Shown: one piece after another, positions 10,542 through 21,899 of the stretch
How the letters are laid out: every line of letters begins with the position of its first letter
How positions within the stretch are numbered: position 1 is the stretch's first letter
From: Octopus bimaculoides
Lineage: Eukaryota
Direction: 5' to 3'
NCBI RefSeq assembly: GCF_001194135.2
Contig: NC_068989.1
Location: 74,432,013-74,467,858 of the forward strand
Length of the DNA stretch: 35,846 bases
Made by a program: the position numbers and the translations under genes
Notes under the pieces: generated by a model
Database searches by the model: none
The model's input: only the letters and a program-made list of their open reading frames with translations
What the model was told of the DNA's origin: nothing

Positions 10542-12351
10542 GATTTATTCGCTGTTTTGGTCGTTGAAGTTATCGTCGTTTCTGTTTTCTTGCTCTGTAT
10601 TTCAGCAAATAACCTTCGCAAGGATAGATCGCAAATCAGTAGGGAGGAAAATGTAGCGACCATGTCTTACAGATCAAGCCATAATGTAATTCCTCACTGG
10701 CTCCATGTGAAGCGGATTTACGTTTTTTCTTTCTTTTTTCTTTTTTTTTTTTTGATCTTCGTTATGATATGTTTTGAGATAAAGTGCAATTTAACCTTCC
10801 AGGCATACTTTTTCGACTGTGTAGGAAATCACAGCGTAAGAAATTTGCGAATAAATGATTAAAAATGCGTGAAAGCTTTGGGAGAAATTTAACATGCAAC
10901 GTGAATGAATGATGGTGGCGGATTCAAGTATGTCAGATAAAATAATGAGGAGAAAAAGAAATTGTTAGAAAGAGAAGAAGGGAATTTAATAAAATGTGCG
11001 TAACAAGGATTTTGACTAAGGGGTTTTTTCGATTGTTAAAAATGGATCCACGATTAGGCGTCTAATTGGCGAAGGCCACAAAATAATGACTGATTAAAAA
11101 TTGTATTTGCATAGAGCTGTAGAGGCTAGAGCCAACCACCCACTCCAAACTTCATTATGTATAAGAACAAAATGAATAAAAAGAAAAGAGAAACGAATGA
11201 TTATTCAAATATTGATTCAGTTATCGGTTAATTATAATGCGGGATAATAGATTTCAAATCACATTTCGCGGTCAACAGGATTCTTTTATATTCAAATACG
11301 TGTATAAGTATGTGTATATGCAAATATAATCATATGTGTGTGTGTGTGTGTCCGAGCCCATGAAAGTGTTCTTCAAAGTACTTACATATCTGACATGTTG
11401 GGATTCATATTGGTTTAGAACATATATATATATAAATANNNNNNNNNNNNNNNNNNNNNNNNNNNNNNNNNNNNNNNNNNNNNNNNNNNNNNNNNNNNNN
11501 NNNNNNNNNNNNNNNNNNNNNNNNNNNNNNNNNNNNNNNNNNNNNNNNNNNNNNNNNNNNNNNNNNNNNNNNNNNNNNNNNNNNNNNNNNNNNNNNNNNN
11601 NNNNNNNNNNNNNNNNNNNNNNNNNNNNNNNNNNNNNNNNNNNNNNNNNNNNNNNNNNNNNNNNNNNNNNNNNNNNNNNNNNNNNNNNNNNNNNNNNNNN
11701 NNNNNNNNNNNNNNNNNNNNNNNNNNNNNNNNNNNNNNNNNNNNNNNNNNNNNNNNNNNNNNNNNNNNNNNNNNNNNNNNNNNNNNNNNNNNNNNNNNNN
11801 NNNNNNNNNNNNNNNNNNNNNNNNNNNNNNNNNNNNNNNNNNNNNNNNNNNNNNNNNNNNNNNNNNNNNNNNNNNNNNNNNNNNNNNNNNNNNNNNNNNN
11901 NNNNNNNNNNNNNNNNNNNNNNNNNNNNNNNNNNNNNNNNNNNNNNNNNNNNNNNNNNNNNNNNNNNNNNNNNNNNNNNNNNNNNNNNNNNNNNNNNNNN
12001 NNNNNNNNNNNNNNNNNNNNNNNNNNNNNNNNNNNNNNNNNNNNNNNNNNNNNNNNNNNNNNNNNNNNNNNNNNNNNNNNNNNNNNNNNNNNNNNNNNNN
12101 NNNNNNNNNNNNNNNNNNNNNNNNNNNNNNNNNNNNNNNNNNNNNNNNNNNNNNNNNNNNNNNNNNNNNNNNNNNNNNNNNNNNNNNNNNNNNNNNNNNN
12201 NNNNNNNNNNNNNNNNNNNNNNNNNNNNNNNNNNNNNNNNNNNNNNNNNNNNNNNNNNNNNNNNNNNNNNATTTACTAATTCTGAGGTCCACTAGCTATG
12301 AAACATATGTGGACTGGATTTAATCCACTCCATTTCCTAATTTTTGAATTT

Positions 12352-12394
<43 letters not shown>

Positions 12395-12479
12395 GAAGAA
12401 GAGGGCAGAGAGAATTTTGGATAATTCTTTCCTAGCGCTTTGTTTCGTTCAATCAAATTCTTCAAGATATAATGTACAG

Positions 12480-12655
12480 AAAATTTCGCCGATACAATTT
12501 TCCTTGCAGTTGGGGAACGTAACGCGGTATATAAGATTCTGTGTCTTGTCGTTCATATCTACATTTACGTTGAACGAGAATCCGCTCTTCAGAATTTTAT
12601 GTGGAAACCACTGTCTAAATATTTGAAGCAGTTGCTGTCATTGCAGTTTCCATAT
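12480..12655 (-). mobile_element. Probable decayed Penelope-like GIY-YIG N-terminal fragment
   Basis: With one frameshift: NCNDSNCFKYLDSGFHIKF/KSGFSFNVNVDMNDKTQNLIYRVTFPNCKENCIGE. This resembles the PLE pattern Cxx..C..FKxG..F.V..xMxCxxxNLIYxITCxxCxExYIGE. Flanks do not continue the similarity. Confidence 0.5.
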
Positions 12656-14845
12656 CAGATGTGGAATAGTTCCTGGCTTAAAGAGTATCGAGAAAGGTCT
12701 AGTTGAAGGCCCAAATTTCCAAGTTCTTTTACAAGGCTTATAAAAACTCAAGAACCGCTGCAATAAGTGTGTGAATCTGAGAAAGGAATGTGTTGAATAA
12801 AACCATAATTAACTCATCCACCTGTACTTTCATTGCCCATCATAATGTGTCCAATGGAAAGGTTGAAGTTTCTACCCTTTCAGGCTTAAGTTATTTTCGA
12901 AGTATTTTCCTATTATGCACCGTTTCGAGTATTTTTACCGCAAAACGCCGAATATGTGAATTACCACTGGTCTGATTTACGCGCAACTTGTTTTAATCCG
13001 TTTGTATTCACATTTCAGGGGCACTTAACTCTCAAAGTATTTTCCCATAAACGCGCCAGTTTACCTGAGTAACATTGCAAGCAAAGACTGAGCTTCATTT
13101 TTAATGTATTATTGAACTTTTCTTTTAATGTATTATAGATATATAGATATATATATATCTTACATATTTATCTCTATTTCCATATATATATGTGTGTGTG
13201 CATGTGTACTTGTATGTGTGTTTTGTGTGTGTGTATGTGTGTGTACACTCGTACATACATACACTCTGATATAAAGATCTGTTGCAAACTGGGAAGAAAA
13301 CAAAATATATTACTGCTTTTACAAATCTTTGAAAATCTCTAACGAAGCAGTTTACTGAAGTGGATTTTTCGATAAGATAGCGTATACACGCAGATCATTA
13401 ACTCTGAAGTGTAGTATTATTGATGAGAATACTGTGGCTGATATAATTCAATTTCTTTCTTGAAAGTTCGTAGTTACATTTTAATTTGCCGGAAGTCATA
13501 CTTATGATATAATATTTTGATAGAAATTTTATGAAATATTCTTTAAACTATTTGCAAAAGATTTACTAGCCCTGTCAATTACATTAATGGAAAATGTCTC
13601 TCAAAAATAGTAATACGATAATCGAATACAATTCCTCAAATTTACCTTACTCCTTCTTTGCTCTATAATGCAAAGTCAGAAGTGAATTGTGTGCATCACA
13701 ACCAAAATCTAACATTATAGTGACCATATACTGTTTTTAAAACATGGTATTACTCACACAGACGTTCGTTAGTCAACAGGAGGAAATCTTTCTTTAGTTT
13801 TCCCATTTGTACATAGACGATAATGGGAAGCTATTTAGTCTCTTCACTATATTTCGCTCTAGTTTAGCTTTTTGCGCTTTCTTAGAAGCAAAGAATAAGT
13901 TTTTAATATTAGAGAACAAGAATAGCTTGAATACTGGAAATGATATCTATTCAACTCATACATATGCAATAAAATATCTTCTTTGTAATTTTCTAAAGAA
14001 AGAACTGCCATAAGATTTTTTTCAACGAATGATTTCTGACATTTATTTTAAGTTTGGTTTTCGTATTCTTTCTCTTTCTACATCTTTCGTTTCTTCTGAA
14101 TCTATTTTGAATAGTAATAGTTCTTTTTTCATTACATATTCCATTAAGTGTTTTCACCTTACTTTCTATAATATTGTAGAAACGTTTTGCTGCGGATTGC
14201 AAATACAGATTTGTGAATTACCTGAAATACCGACAATTAATGTAAATTTTGATACATTTTTATATATTATATGTATTTCGTATCCGATTTGGCATCCAAT
14301 TAACAGTGATTTTATTGATTTCATATCTTTAATCATGCATGGAATTCGATGCCTTCTTTTTATTTTGATTTTCTAAATATTGACATAATTAGGAACCTAC
14401 TGACGCTAATTAAAAAAATATCTCCTCACGACCCATAAGTATTCTGAGCTTCTCAACCCCACGATATGAAGGTTAGTTACCCCTGCTTAGACAATACTCG
14501 TTTCTTACATCGTACGGTAGAATTGAAGCAAACACTCACATACAATCTATATTCCAACCTGCACCTTCCGAAATATTAGCAACTTCCCTCTGGCAGATTC
14601 TGCCTCTCAAGGGCTGTGGTCTATAGATCCACCTTCACATAATCCAACAGCATCAGAAGTCACTACATGGGCATTACAGCCAATGACTTCTAGGGAAGGA
14701 AAACAGAGCATATGAACTCTCTCGGGTGCAGGGATAGAGTAAAACCCATTTCCTTGTCCCTTTTTATCTGGAGAGTCCGCGACCATCAGAACAATTTCGC
14801 CAACATCGAAAGCAGTATTATTTACAGGAACTCTGTTTGACCTAG

Positions 14846-15325
14846 CCATTGCCTAAGTAATTTTGTTTACATCATTTTGATGTCATTAAACATCCTCATA
14901 CCACGTCCCATTCCGTATGACATTGATTTCTTGTCGTTGTCTTACCCCAGCGCCACCCACCAAAAAAATAGAACCAACTTTTTTCTTGGTTACTTTTTAT
15001 GTAGTCAGCTTCTACATAAATACTCCACAAGATTTAGGTATAGAGACAATCATAAATTGGGTAAAAAAAATTAGAAAAATAACTACCAGTAAATTCAACT
15101 TGGCCTTTATATCAGAAACGGTCAACATTATCCTTGAAAATACGATATGTTTTAATTAGAAGTATCTTCACATTGAAGGCATGGCCATGGGAACCAAATT
15201 GTATCATTTATAGTAACAGACAATCCATTCACTCTAAAATATAATTAACTTCGCCAAATCAAACTTGCCTATCACTGGTCAAAATAGATATTTTATTCGT
15301 TGAATGATATTTCGACAGCCTGTCT
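14846..15325 (+). mobile_element. Decayed Penelope-like reverse transcriptase fragment
   Basis: Translation gives HCLSNFVYIIL...YDIDFL, then KKIEPTFFLVTFYVVSFYINTPQDLGIETIINW...FISETVNIILENTICFN*KYLHIEGMAMGTK, then LNDI (eroded LDD). This matches PLE RT motifs (LVTFDVVSLYTNIPxxxG, ILENNxF, GTAMGTK). Confidence 0.85.
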
Positions 15326-15366
15326 TTGTCGAGTTCAAAATAAAAAGTGATACGAATTCAAAATTA

Positions 15367-15370
<4 letters not shown>

Positions 15371-15433
<63 letters not shown>
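15371..15433. repeat. (TAG)n microsatellite
   Basis: Directly visible. Confidence 0.97.
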
Positions 15434-15457
15434 TAGTCAATTTAAATGTAATTTTAC

Positions 15458-15823
15458 CATTTTTAAGGCCAGAATACTTTTCATATTATCAGGTGTTTCG
15501 CATTTTTTGCCGAAATTCTTCTCTGATTTTTTAAAACGTTTCTCTAAACAAAGGCTATCAATATCAAAAGTGTTAGCATACTCATCAAACAATGATGTCC
15601 AAGCTGCCCGCTGACTGGTTGAAATGCTTGTAAGTATAAAGGTTGTCAATGTAAACTTCACTGACGCGCTCAACAAATAGCAAGCTAACTGTTTAAAACA
15701 AATCTTCGTAAGATCAAGCCTTTTGAAGCTGATTGGAAGGTATTTAAAGGATAAATTCAGTGATTTCGCTACAGTTATTAATTGTGAAACACAACAGTTG
15801 GTTGATACTGAAACTACATAAAC
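15458..15823 (-). CDS. Candidate 366-bp phase 0-0 internal exon of an unidentified gene (122 aa)
   Basis: It lies inside a 160-codon non-repetitive open frame in AT-rich DNA. The acceptor-like end is ttttcgcaatcttcag|GTT and the donor-like end is ATG|gtaaaa. No homology was recognised. Confidence 0.4.
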
Positions 15824-16668
15824 CTGAAGATTGCGAAAACCATGAGATTTGTTTATTATAATATATACTAAAGTTGAGTTGTAAACATTACGAGAATAAA
15901 AAATCTTTTGGAATTCCATTGACTAATAAATTTAACTGCACTCAATTATCCAAACTCAAATATCTATGTATGTTCGTGTGTTTGTGTGTGCGTGCATGTG
16001 TGTGTGTCAGAGTGTGTTTGTGTGTATGTATGTATGTATGTATGTATCTATGTGCAAATGTTACAATACAAAACGCTACTGATTATAGGGTGCATATCGA
16101 GGCATCTCTGGTGATATACAAATCATTAATTGCATGTCTTCATCTGTACGTGCAGTAACGCATCGATGTATATATTCTGCTATATTGGTGTCATTTCTTT
16201 ATTCTGATTTATTGATTTATTCCGAGTATGATGGCCTCTGCCTTCTCCCTTTATGGGCCGAATGCGATAAACTAACCAGAAGTTCAGCCTGCTCAACACG
16301 CCAACAGAACATTCGTCAATTTCACAGTGCTGCACATACCATATAGTATATTTATCACTTCAATTTAGCTATTTTGCTATGTGCAATATTGTTTTCCTTC
16401 CATTTCGTTCTCCACGAAGCAAGTCTTGTCAATTTGCGTCACAGAAAATTGGTTTCGTTGCTATGAAAACATTTTTCTAAACGATGAAAAAAAAATGAAT
16501 TGGAAACTTTTATATAAGCAACACGAGAAAAACTCATAGACGATGGATTATATGAATATCCAAAGGCAATAATATATATTTATATACATTAATACATGCG
16601 TGTGAGTGTGCATATTACAAACGCATACACGCATACACACATACACACACGCACGCACACACACACAA

Positions 16669-16717
<49 letters not shown>

Positions 16718-16814
16718 NNNNNNNNNNNNNNNNNNNNNNNNNNNNNNNNNNNNNNNNNNNNNNNNNNNNNNNNNNNNNNNNNNNTAATAGAATATATATT
16801 CATACAAATAGTTA

Positions 16815-16854
<40 letters not shown>

Positions 16855-16935
16855 TTGAGTAAAATACATGAGAATATGTATATACAGGTGTGTGTGTGTG
16901 TGCGTATGCGTGAGTAAATGTATGCACACATATAT

Positions 16936-17160
16936 AAGTAGTAAATCAAAATTTAAAAAAACGAAGAACAAACACAAAAACCAACAACGTGAGGACGTGG
17001 TACATGTAAAGTATTAGCAGGCACTCATGGAAGGAAAAAAAGATGGTTTAACGTTTCGAGCAAAGCTCTTCTTCAGAAACAGAGGAAAGTCCAATGGAAA
17101 AGGAAGACGGAGGAAAAAAATCGCCAACGATTCACATGTGGTTACATTTTAAGATTGCGG
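16936..17160 (-). mobile_element. Short hammerhead-bearing repeat (PLE terminal repeat-like), homologous to 26925-27085
   Basis: The reverse complement aligns with 26925-27085 (ctccgt..cttcc, actttcc, gaag.gct..gc.cgaaacgt, tttcct, taatact, cacgtcctcac.ttgttg). Boundaries are approximate. Confidence 0.7.
17046..17080 (-). ncRNA. Minimal type-I hammerhead ribozyme, intact core
   Basis: GUUU CUGAAGA A GAGC UUU GCUC GAAA CG UU AAAC: 4-bp stem I, 4-bp stem II, palindromic ACGU stem III and a GUU triplet. Confidence 0.75.
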
Positions 17161-17689
17161 AATTCTTTCTACCATCAGATTACATTACCTTGTTCATTCG
17201 GAATAGGCCATTTCTGTACCTTAATTGTGAATCATACTTATATATGTGTGTGTTAGATGCATGCTTGGATTAGACGTAAGATGGTCAAAGTAAGGACATC
17301 GCTCTGCAATTACGAGGTTCAATCTCATTGTGTGCCTTACTTCGCAAACGTTACTTTCTCACACCTCGTGTTACGCTTGTCAGCGTAATTAAACAGAGAG
17401 AAACTGTACAGAAGCCTGTCGAATATATTCTACGTGTTGCAAAGACACAACTTAATTAGCAGTAATTGGTGTCAGCGGGTCATTTAGCTTGGCTGGGTGG
17501 AGGTGCTTGTCTCCCCCTTGGACACAGGAAATGTGTCAAGGCCGACAGGAAGCGGTGCAGCTTCTTAGGTCTAACCAACAGTAGTATTATTCCCTTTAGG
17601 GGACTGTCACATTAATTTGACAGCATACAACTACTTCATCGTATCACTACTGCACAAATCTCTCTGAAAGCTTTAGAAATGTAATATTT

Positions 17690-17893
17690 CTAAATGTACG
17701 TTCTTTATTAAATATAATGCTTATTTGTTCATATTGGTATTTCAATTAATCATTCATTATTTTGCGCTCTGAAATTTTGATGATGTGACTGCTTTTTTTT
17801 TTTTTTCGAATGACATTGTAAGGTAGATGTGAGAGGCCAGTTCATGTAAAGTATTTTGGCCAGATATTGCCTGTTTAAATGCGAAAGAGTTAA
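17690..17893. mobile_element. Decayed ~200-bp TTAA-flanked MITE (piggyBac-like)
   Basis: The right end tttaaatgcgaaagag-TTAA and the interior (aatgcttatttgttca...gaatgacattgtaaggtagatgtgagagg) resemble a recalled abundant octopus MITE. The left TIR is eroded. Confidence 0.45.
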
Positions 17894-18515
17894 AGACGTC
17901 AAAATTTTACTTTTAAAAATATTCAGTTGATAGGATCATTTTCTTAGTACATATACAGGGAAATGTTTGATTACATGCATTTTAAGCAGAAGGGAAATTC
18001 TTATAACAGCTGTTATAAAGAAACGTAAAATCGACGTGAGAGATGAAAACTAAAACAAATTAACAGATACTGCAGGGAACTTTAATCATTTCATTTATGG
18101 TGCCTATGATATGACGGATAGCTGATGATGTCTATTTCTCATTAATTTTACATAATCCTTTTGCTGTCTACTTTCTTGATACTTGGATAATTAGCAAATT
18201 CCTGAGATCAAGTATTCCACGGATTTTTGAAGATATTTTATTTAACATACTCTCATGTTTATCAAACCAATGAAATATATTCACCAGTGAATTTACGATG
18301 TTTCACAAGTGTTGGCGAAGTTTTGATCATATTGAAATTTTTACTGTATAATATTGTTTAGGTACAGCTCATTCATGATCTATGATAACATGGCTTCAGT
18401 TCTGACTATACCATACTTTTGTCATGCATAGTGCTTCAATGACTACAAATTTTTCTAAGAATGTAACAGGAACTGAAGGATAATTTACAGCATATGCTTA
18501 TATTCATGCAGATAG

Positions 18516-18518
18516 ATG

Positions 18519-18585
<67 letters not shown>

Positions 18586-18601
18586 CGATAGATAGATAGA
18601 T
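18516..18601. repeat. (TAGA)n microsatellite
   Basis: Directly visible. Confidence 0.97.
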
Positions 18602-19739
18602 GTACGCATAAGTTTGTGTATATGCGTTTATATGTATGTATCTATATACATATATTCGGGTGTGTGGTGGGGTGTAAGTATATGCATAATCTTTGATTAT
18701 AAATATTCTTGGAAGCGAAATTCCCTCAGATTGAATCTATTTTCTGTTTCAAAATTTCTTGCCATAGAAGTGGGAGCAAGTTGAAAGGTAGAAAAATCTG
18801 CATACAATCTCACAACAAGACTCAATTTCTGAGACAAAAAAAGAGAACCGATCTTTTGAAGTAATGACTTCTATCGAGATTTGTTCACGGGGGAATGAAA
18901 GTGAACATCAGGAGACAGAATTACTCCACGTTGGAATGTTCAGTCAGACAGAAATGATTACAACGCTGAAGGTATCTTGGCTTTGGGTCTCTTTACCAAC
19001 CCCAAAATGTGCATGTTACAGCAGCAGAAAATACAGCAGCAAAGTAGATATCCAGGAATTATTACTCGAGTACGGCCCGGGCTCAATAGAATGGAATGCG
19101 TTCAGGGTAGAACCAATGTTTATCTTTCCCTAGACTTTTTACTGTCTCTTGTGTATCATATTTTCTATATATTCTTACAATTTTTATATACACACACATA
19201 CATACACCCTCTCCTCCATATATATATATATATATATATCGATTGATTGATTGATAGATCGAGATAAATATATATCTCTGTGTGTGTGCGCGCGCGCGCG
19301 TGTTTATGTGTCACAGGTCTTTCTACAGAAATTTGCACCGCCTGTTTTTGTTTTTTTGTTTTATTTTTTTTAATTTATTGCTGACACCAATTTTACCAGA
19401 TAAAATTCCTTTCAATTTCCTATGAGATTAATTAGTAGATCTATTTTAGTTTTGTTTATTCTTCTTCGTATTATTTTCCGCTATGATTTATGTCTATAAC
19501 AGTTTTAGATAGGACATTAATTGAAATCTCTTCTAGGTCTAATNNNNNNNNNNNNNNNNNNNNNNNNNNNNNNNNNNNNNNNNNNNNNNNNNNNNNNNNN
19601 NNNNNNNNNNNNNNNNNNNNNNNNNNNNNNNNNNNNNNNNNNNNNNNNNNNNNNNNNNNNNNNNNNNNNNNNNNNNNNNNNNNNNNNNNNNNNNNNNNNN
19701 NNNNNNNNNNNNNNNNNNNNNNNNNNNNNNNNNNNNNNN

Positions 19740-19771
<32 letters not shown>

Positions 19772-19924
19772 AATTAATGTAAGCTCATACATACACTCAG
19801 GCATGGATATACAGGATATACATACACACATACACAAACTATATGTGTGTGTGTGTATGTGTACGTGTGTGTGTGGGTGCATACATGATGTGTATCACAC
19901 ACACACACACATATATATATATAT

Positions 19925-19979
19925 GTATGTATGTATAATGTATGTATGTATGTATGTATGTATGTATGTATGTATGTAT
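19925..19979. repeat. (TATG)n microsatellite; forms the (CATA)n tail of the adjacent LINE
   Basis: Directly visible. It abuts the LINE 3' end. Confidence 0.93.
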
Positions 19980-19981
19980 TA

Positions 19982-21560
19982 TATGGTTTTTCTTAGAGTT
20001 TTATTCAAGTTCTTGAGAGAGTTCAAGCCGGTCGCTAACAGTTAACAAGAATTTTTGAAATAAGAGAGTTCTCGGTCTTTGTAAATATGTGGTGTGATGG
20101 TGTGCTAGTTGAGCTGTCGATGCCCGCTCCCAAGTGTGTGAGCTTATTCGCCTAAAGAATCTCAGCTGGAGAATCTTTGGAATGTCTAGCAAATTTTCAC
20201 TGTGCCAGTAATAGATTGAATTCGATGAATCCGCGTCAGTTTCATTTGATCTCACTCTTCGAAAAGCCTAGTACTTCTTGGTTTTTGTGTAAATATGTAA
20301 GTACATAGCCTAACGCCCCAATCATGATTAATACAAATGAGAACTCATAGTCGGGGCACATGAGTTGTAAGTACTGCATTAATTCACCATAAATGTTCTC
20401 TTTTTCCTGGACTTTGTTTGATGGTGCATTCATATCAGCTTCTGATCCGCTGGACTGTTAATCTCTACTGCAATGCATAACTTTGGTTCTCCGTCCTACA
20501 AAACAACTTCAGACCTATTATGTTTGTACTGAATTATAGTTTTTAATGGATTGTTCCACCAGTCTTCCATGCCTTTAAAGGTATGCATACATACTGGTTC
20601 TAACGTGTATTTGATGAATACTTCGGAGCAATCTTTACTGCAGATAGCATTTTAAATAGTCGTTGGAACTATATCATGCTTAAGGGGTAGGCAATATCTG
20701 GTAGACGGGTTGGGGCAGCTGCCGATGATGTGGGTGATATCTTTTACACTGGTATGGCGAAGCTGACATATTTTATCACAACGTGGGTGTTCGGTGGTAT
20801 CTTTGAGTTGTTTATCAAGTTTTAGTAGTCATTTCTTGTTCCTGTTCTAGGTGATGGACCGATCACAGGTCCAGGAGAGGCTTTCGTCCTGTCAATCCTG
20901 TTGCCCGCTTCTAGTTTACGAACGAGATTTGTACCCATGCATTACTTTTTGTTGTTATGATCCCTCATTCTCCCTCAAGCCTCTGTTTAGGTAGGCCAAT
21001 CTAACCTCCTTTTGGTCGCATCAGACATTTGTATTCTCAGCGTACCTGCACAGTAATTCTTCGCCAACTCTGAAGATGCTGTTGCTATCACGTTTCAGTA
21101 TGCATGGAATGTACTCATTTCTCTTTTGACAGTTCAGCAGGTGTCTGCGAGATAAAATGCGACATTCAAAGACTGTTTGGACTGACCTCATGACTCTACA
21201 GCCATCGCTTTATTTCACGTAGATCCTGTCGGTGTCGCTGATAATGTAGAAGTTGTCTGTTGTGATCAGTAGCTTTCTAGTTTTGATATCCAGGATTTAA
21301 ATCTTGTCAATTGTCCAGTCCAATATCCCAAATGTTTATGCTAGCACTGACACTGCATGTGAGATATGGTCTTGTTAAATGCAGACAACTCTGCAATGAA
21401 ATCAATAATCTGATTAAACGAGCAGCAGATTTCTCATTATTTCTCTATAGATGTTTATTTTCCGAATTTTTGAAGCGGCAGTCATACCTGCCGAGCAGCT
21501 GATCCTTACAATTATATAATGGCTTTTGCTCCTTTACTTGTACAGCCATAGCTGTTGTTA
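19982..21560 (-). mobile_element. Decayed R4/Dong-like non-LTR retrotransposon, second family
   Basis: Frameshifted translation gives ELSAFNKTISH, TFGILDWTIDKI, LDIKTRKLLITTDNFYIISDTDRIYVK*SDG, KVQEKENIYGELMQYLQLMCPDYEFSFVLIMIGALGYV and IQSITGTVKICKTF. A ~200-nt 3'UTR ends gaataaaactctaagaaaaaccatat. The 5' boundary is uncertain (21560-21750). Confidence 0.85.
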
Positions 21561-21899
21561 TTAGAATGAGTCACCATTACTGTATATGTGTAGACACATT
21601 TTGCATAGGGATCATATGTGGCTTTGGTATGGGCATCAGGATATTCTTTCCTAGGTATTGCTTTTAAACGCTTTTTTGCAAATAACATGCCTTAAGAGAT
21701 CTGTTTGGACAGTCGTTGATATGTTACACTGGAATATCGGGGTATACATAGAGACTTTTCTCTTCCCGATCAGGTATTTAGTAACTTACCCTGTACTCGG
21801 ACAGCAAGGTCGAAGCCTACTTTGTAAGTTGCAATGTATTTATTGCAGGTTAAGGAGACGTTACTCTTTCTGTCATTGCTAATATGCTCTAGTTTTAGA

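Noticed and set aside
10780-11150. Faint resemblance to a CR1/L2-type RT on the minus strand
   Set aside because: Only loose similarity with no diagnostic motif; too decayed to call.
12700-13064. Minus-strand frame VNWRVYGKIL*...KILETVHNRKILRK*... after a cag|GT site
   Set aside because: There are multiple stops in every frame, and CAG|GT sites are common and ambiguous between donor and acceptor.
16060-16480. Strong polypyrimidine acceptor (minus, ~16475) and peptide AEYIHRCVTARTDEDMQLMICISPEM
   Set aside because: All three frames have early stops, and the resemblance to transposase-like text is too vague.
18050-18480. Protein-like minus-strand frame (VPVTFLEKFVVIEALC...HWFDKHESMLNKISSKIRGILDL)
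   Set aside because: Six stops in ~116 codons is close to random expectation for this composition.
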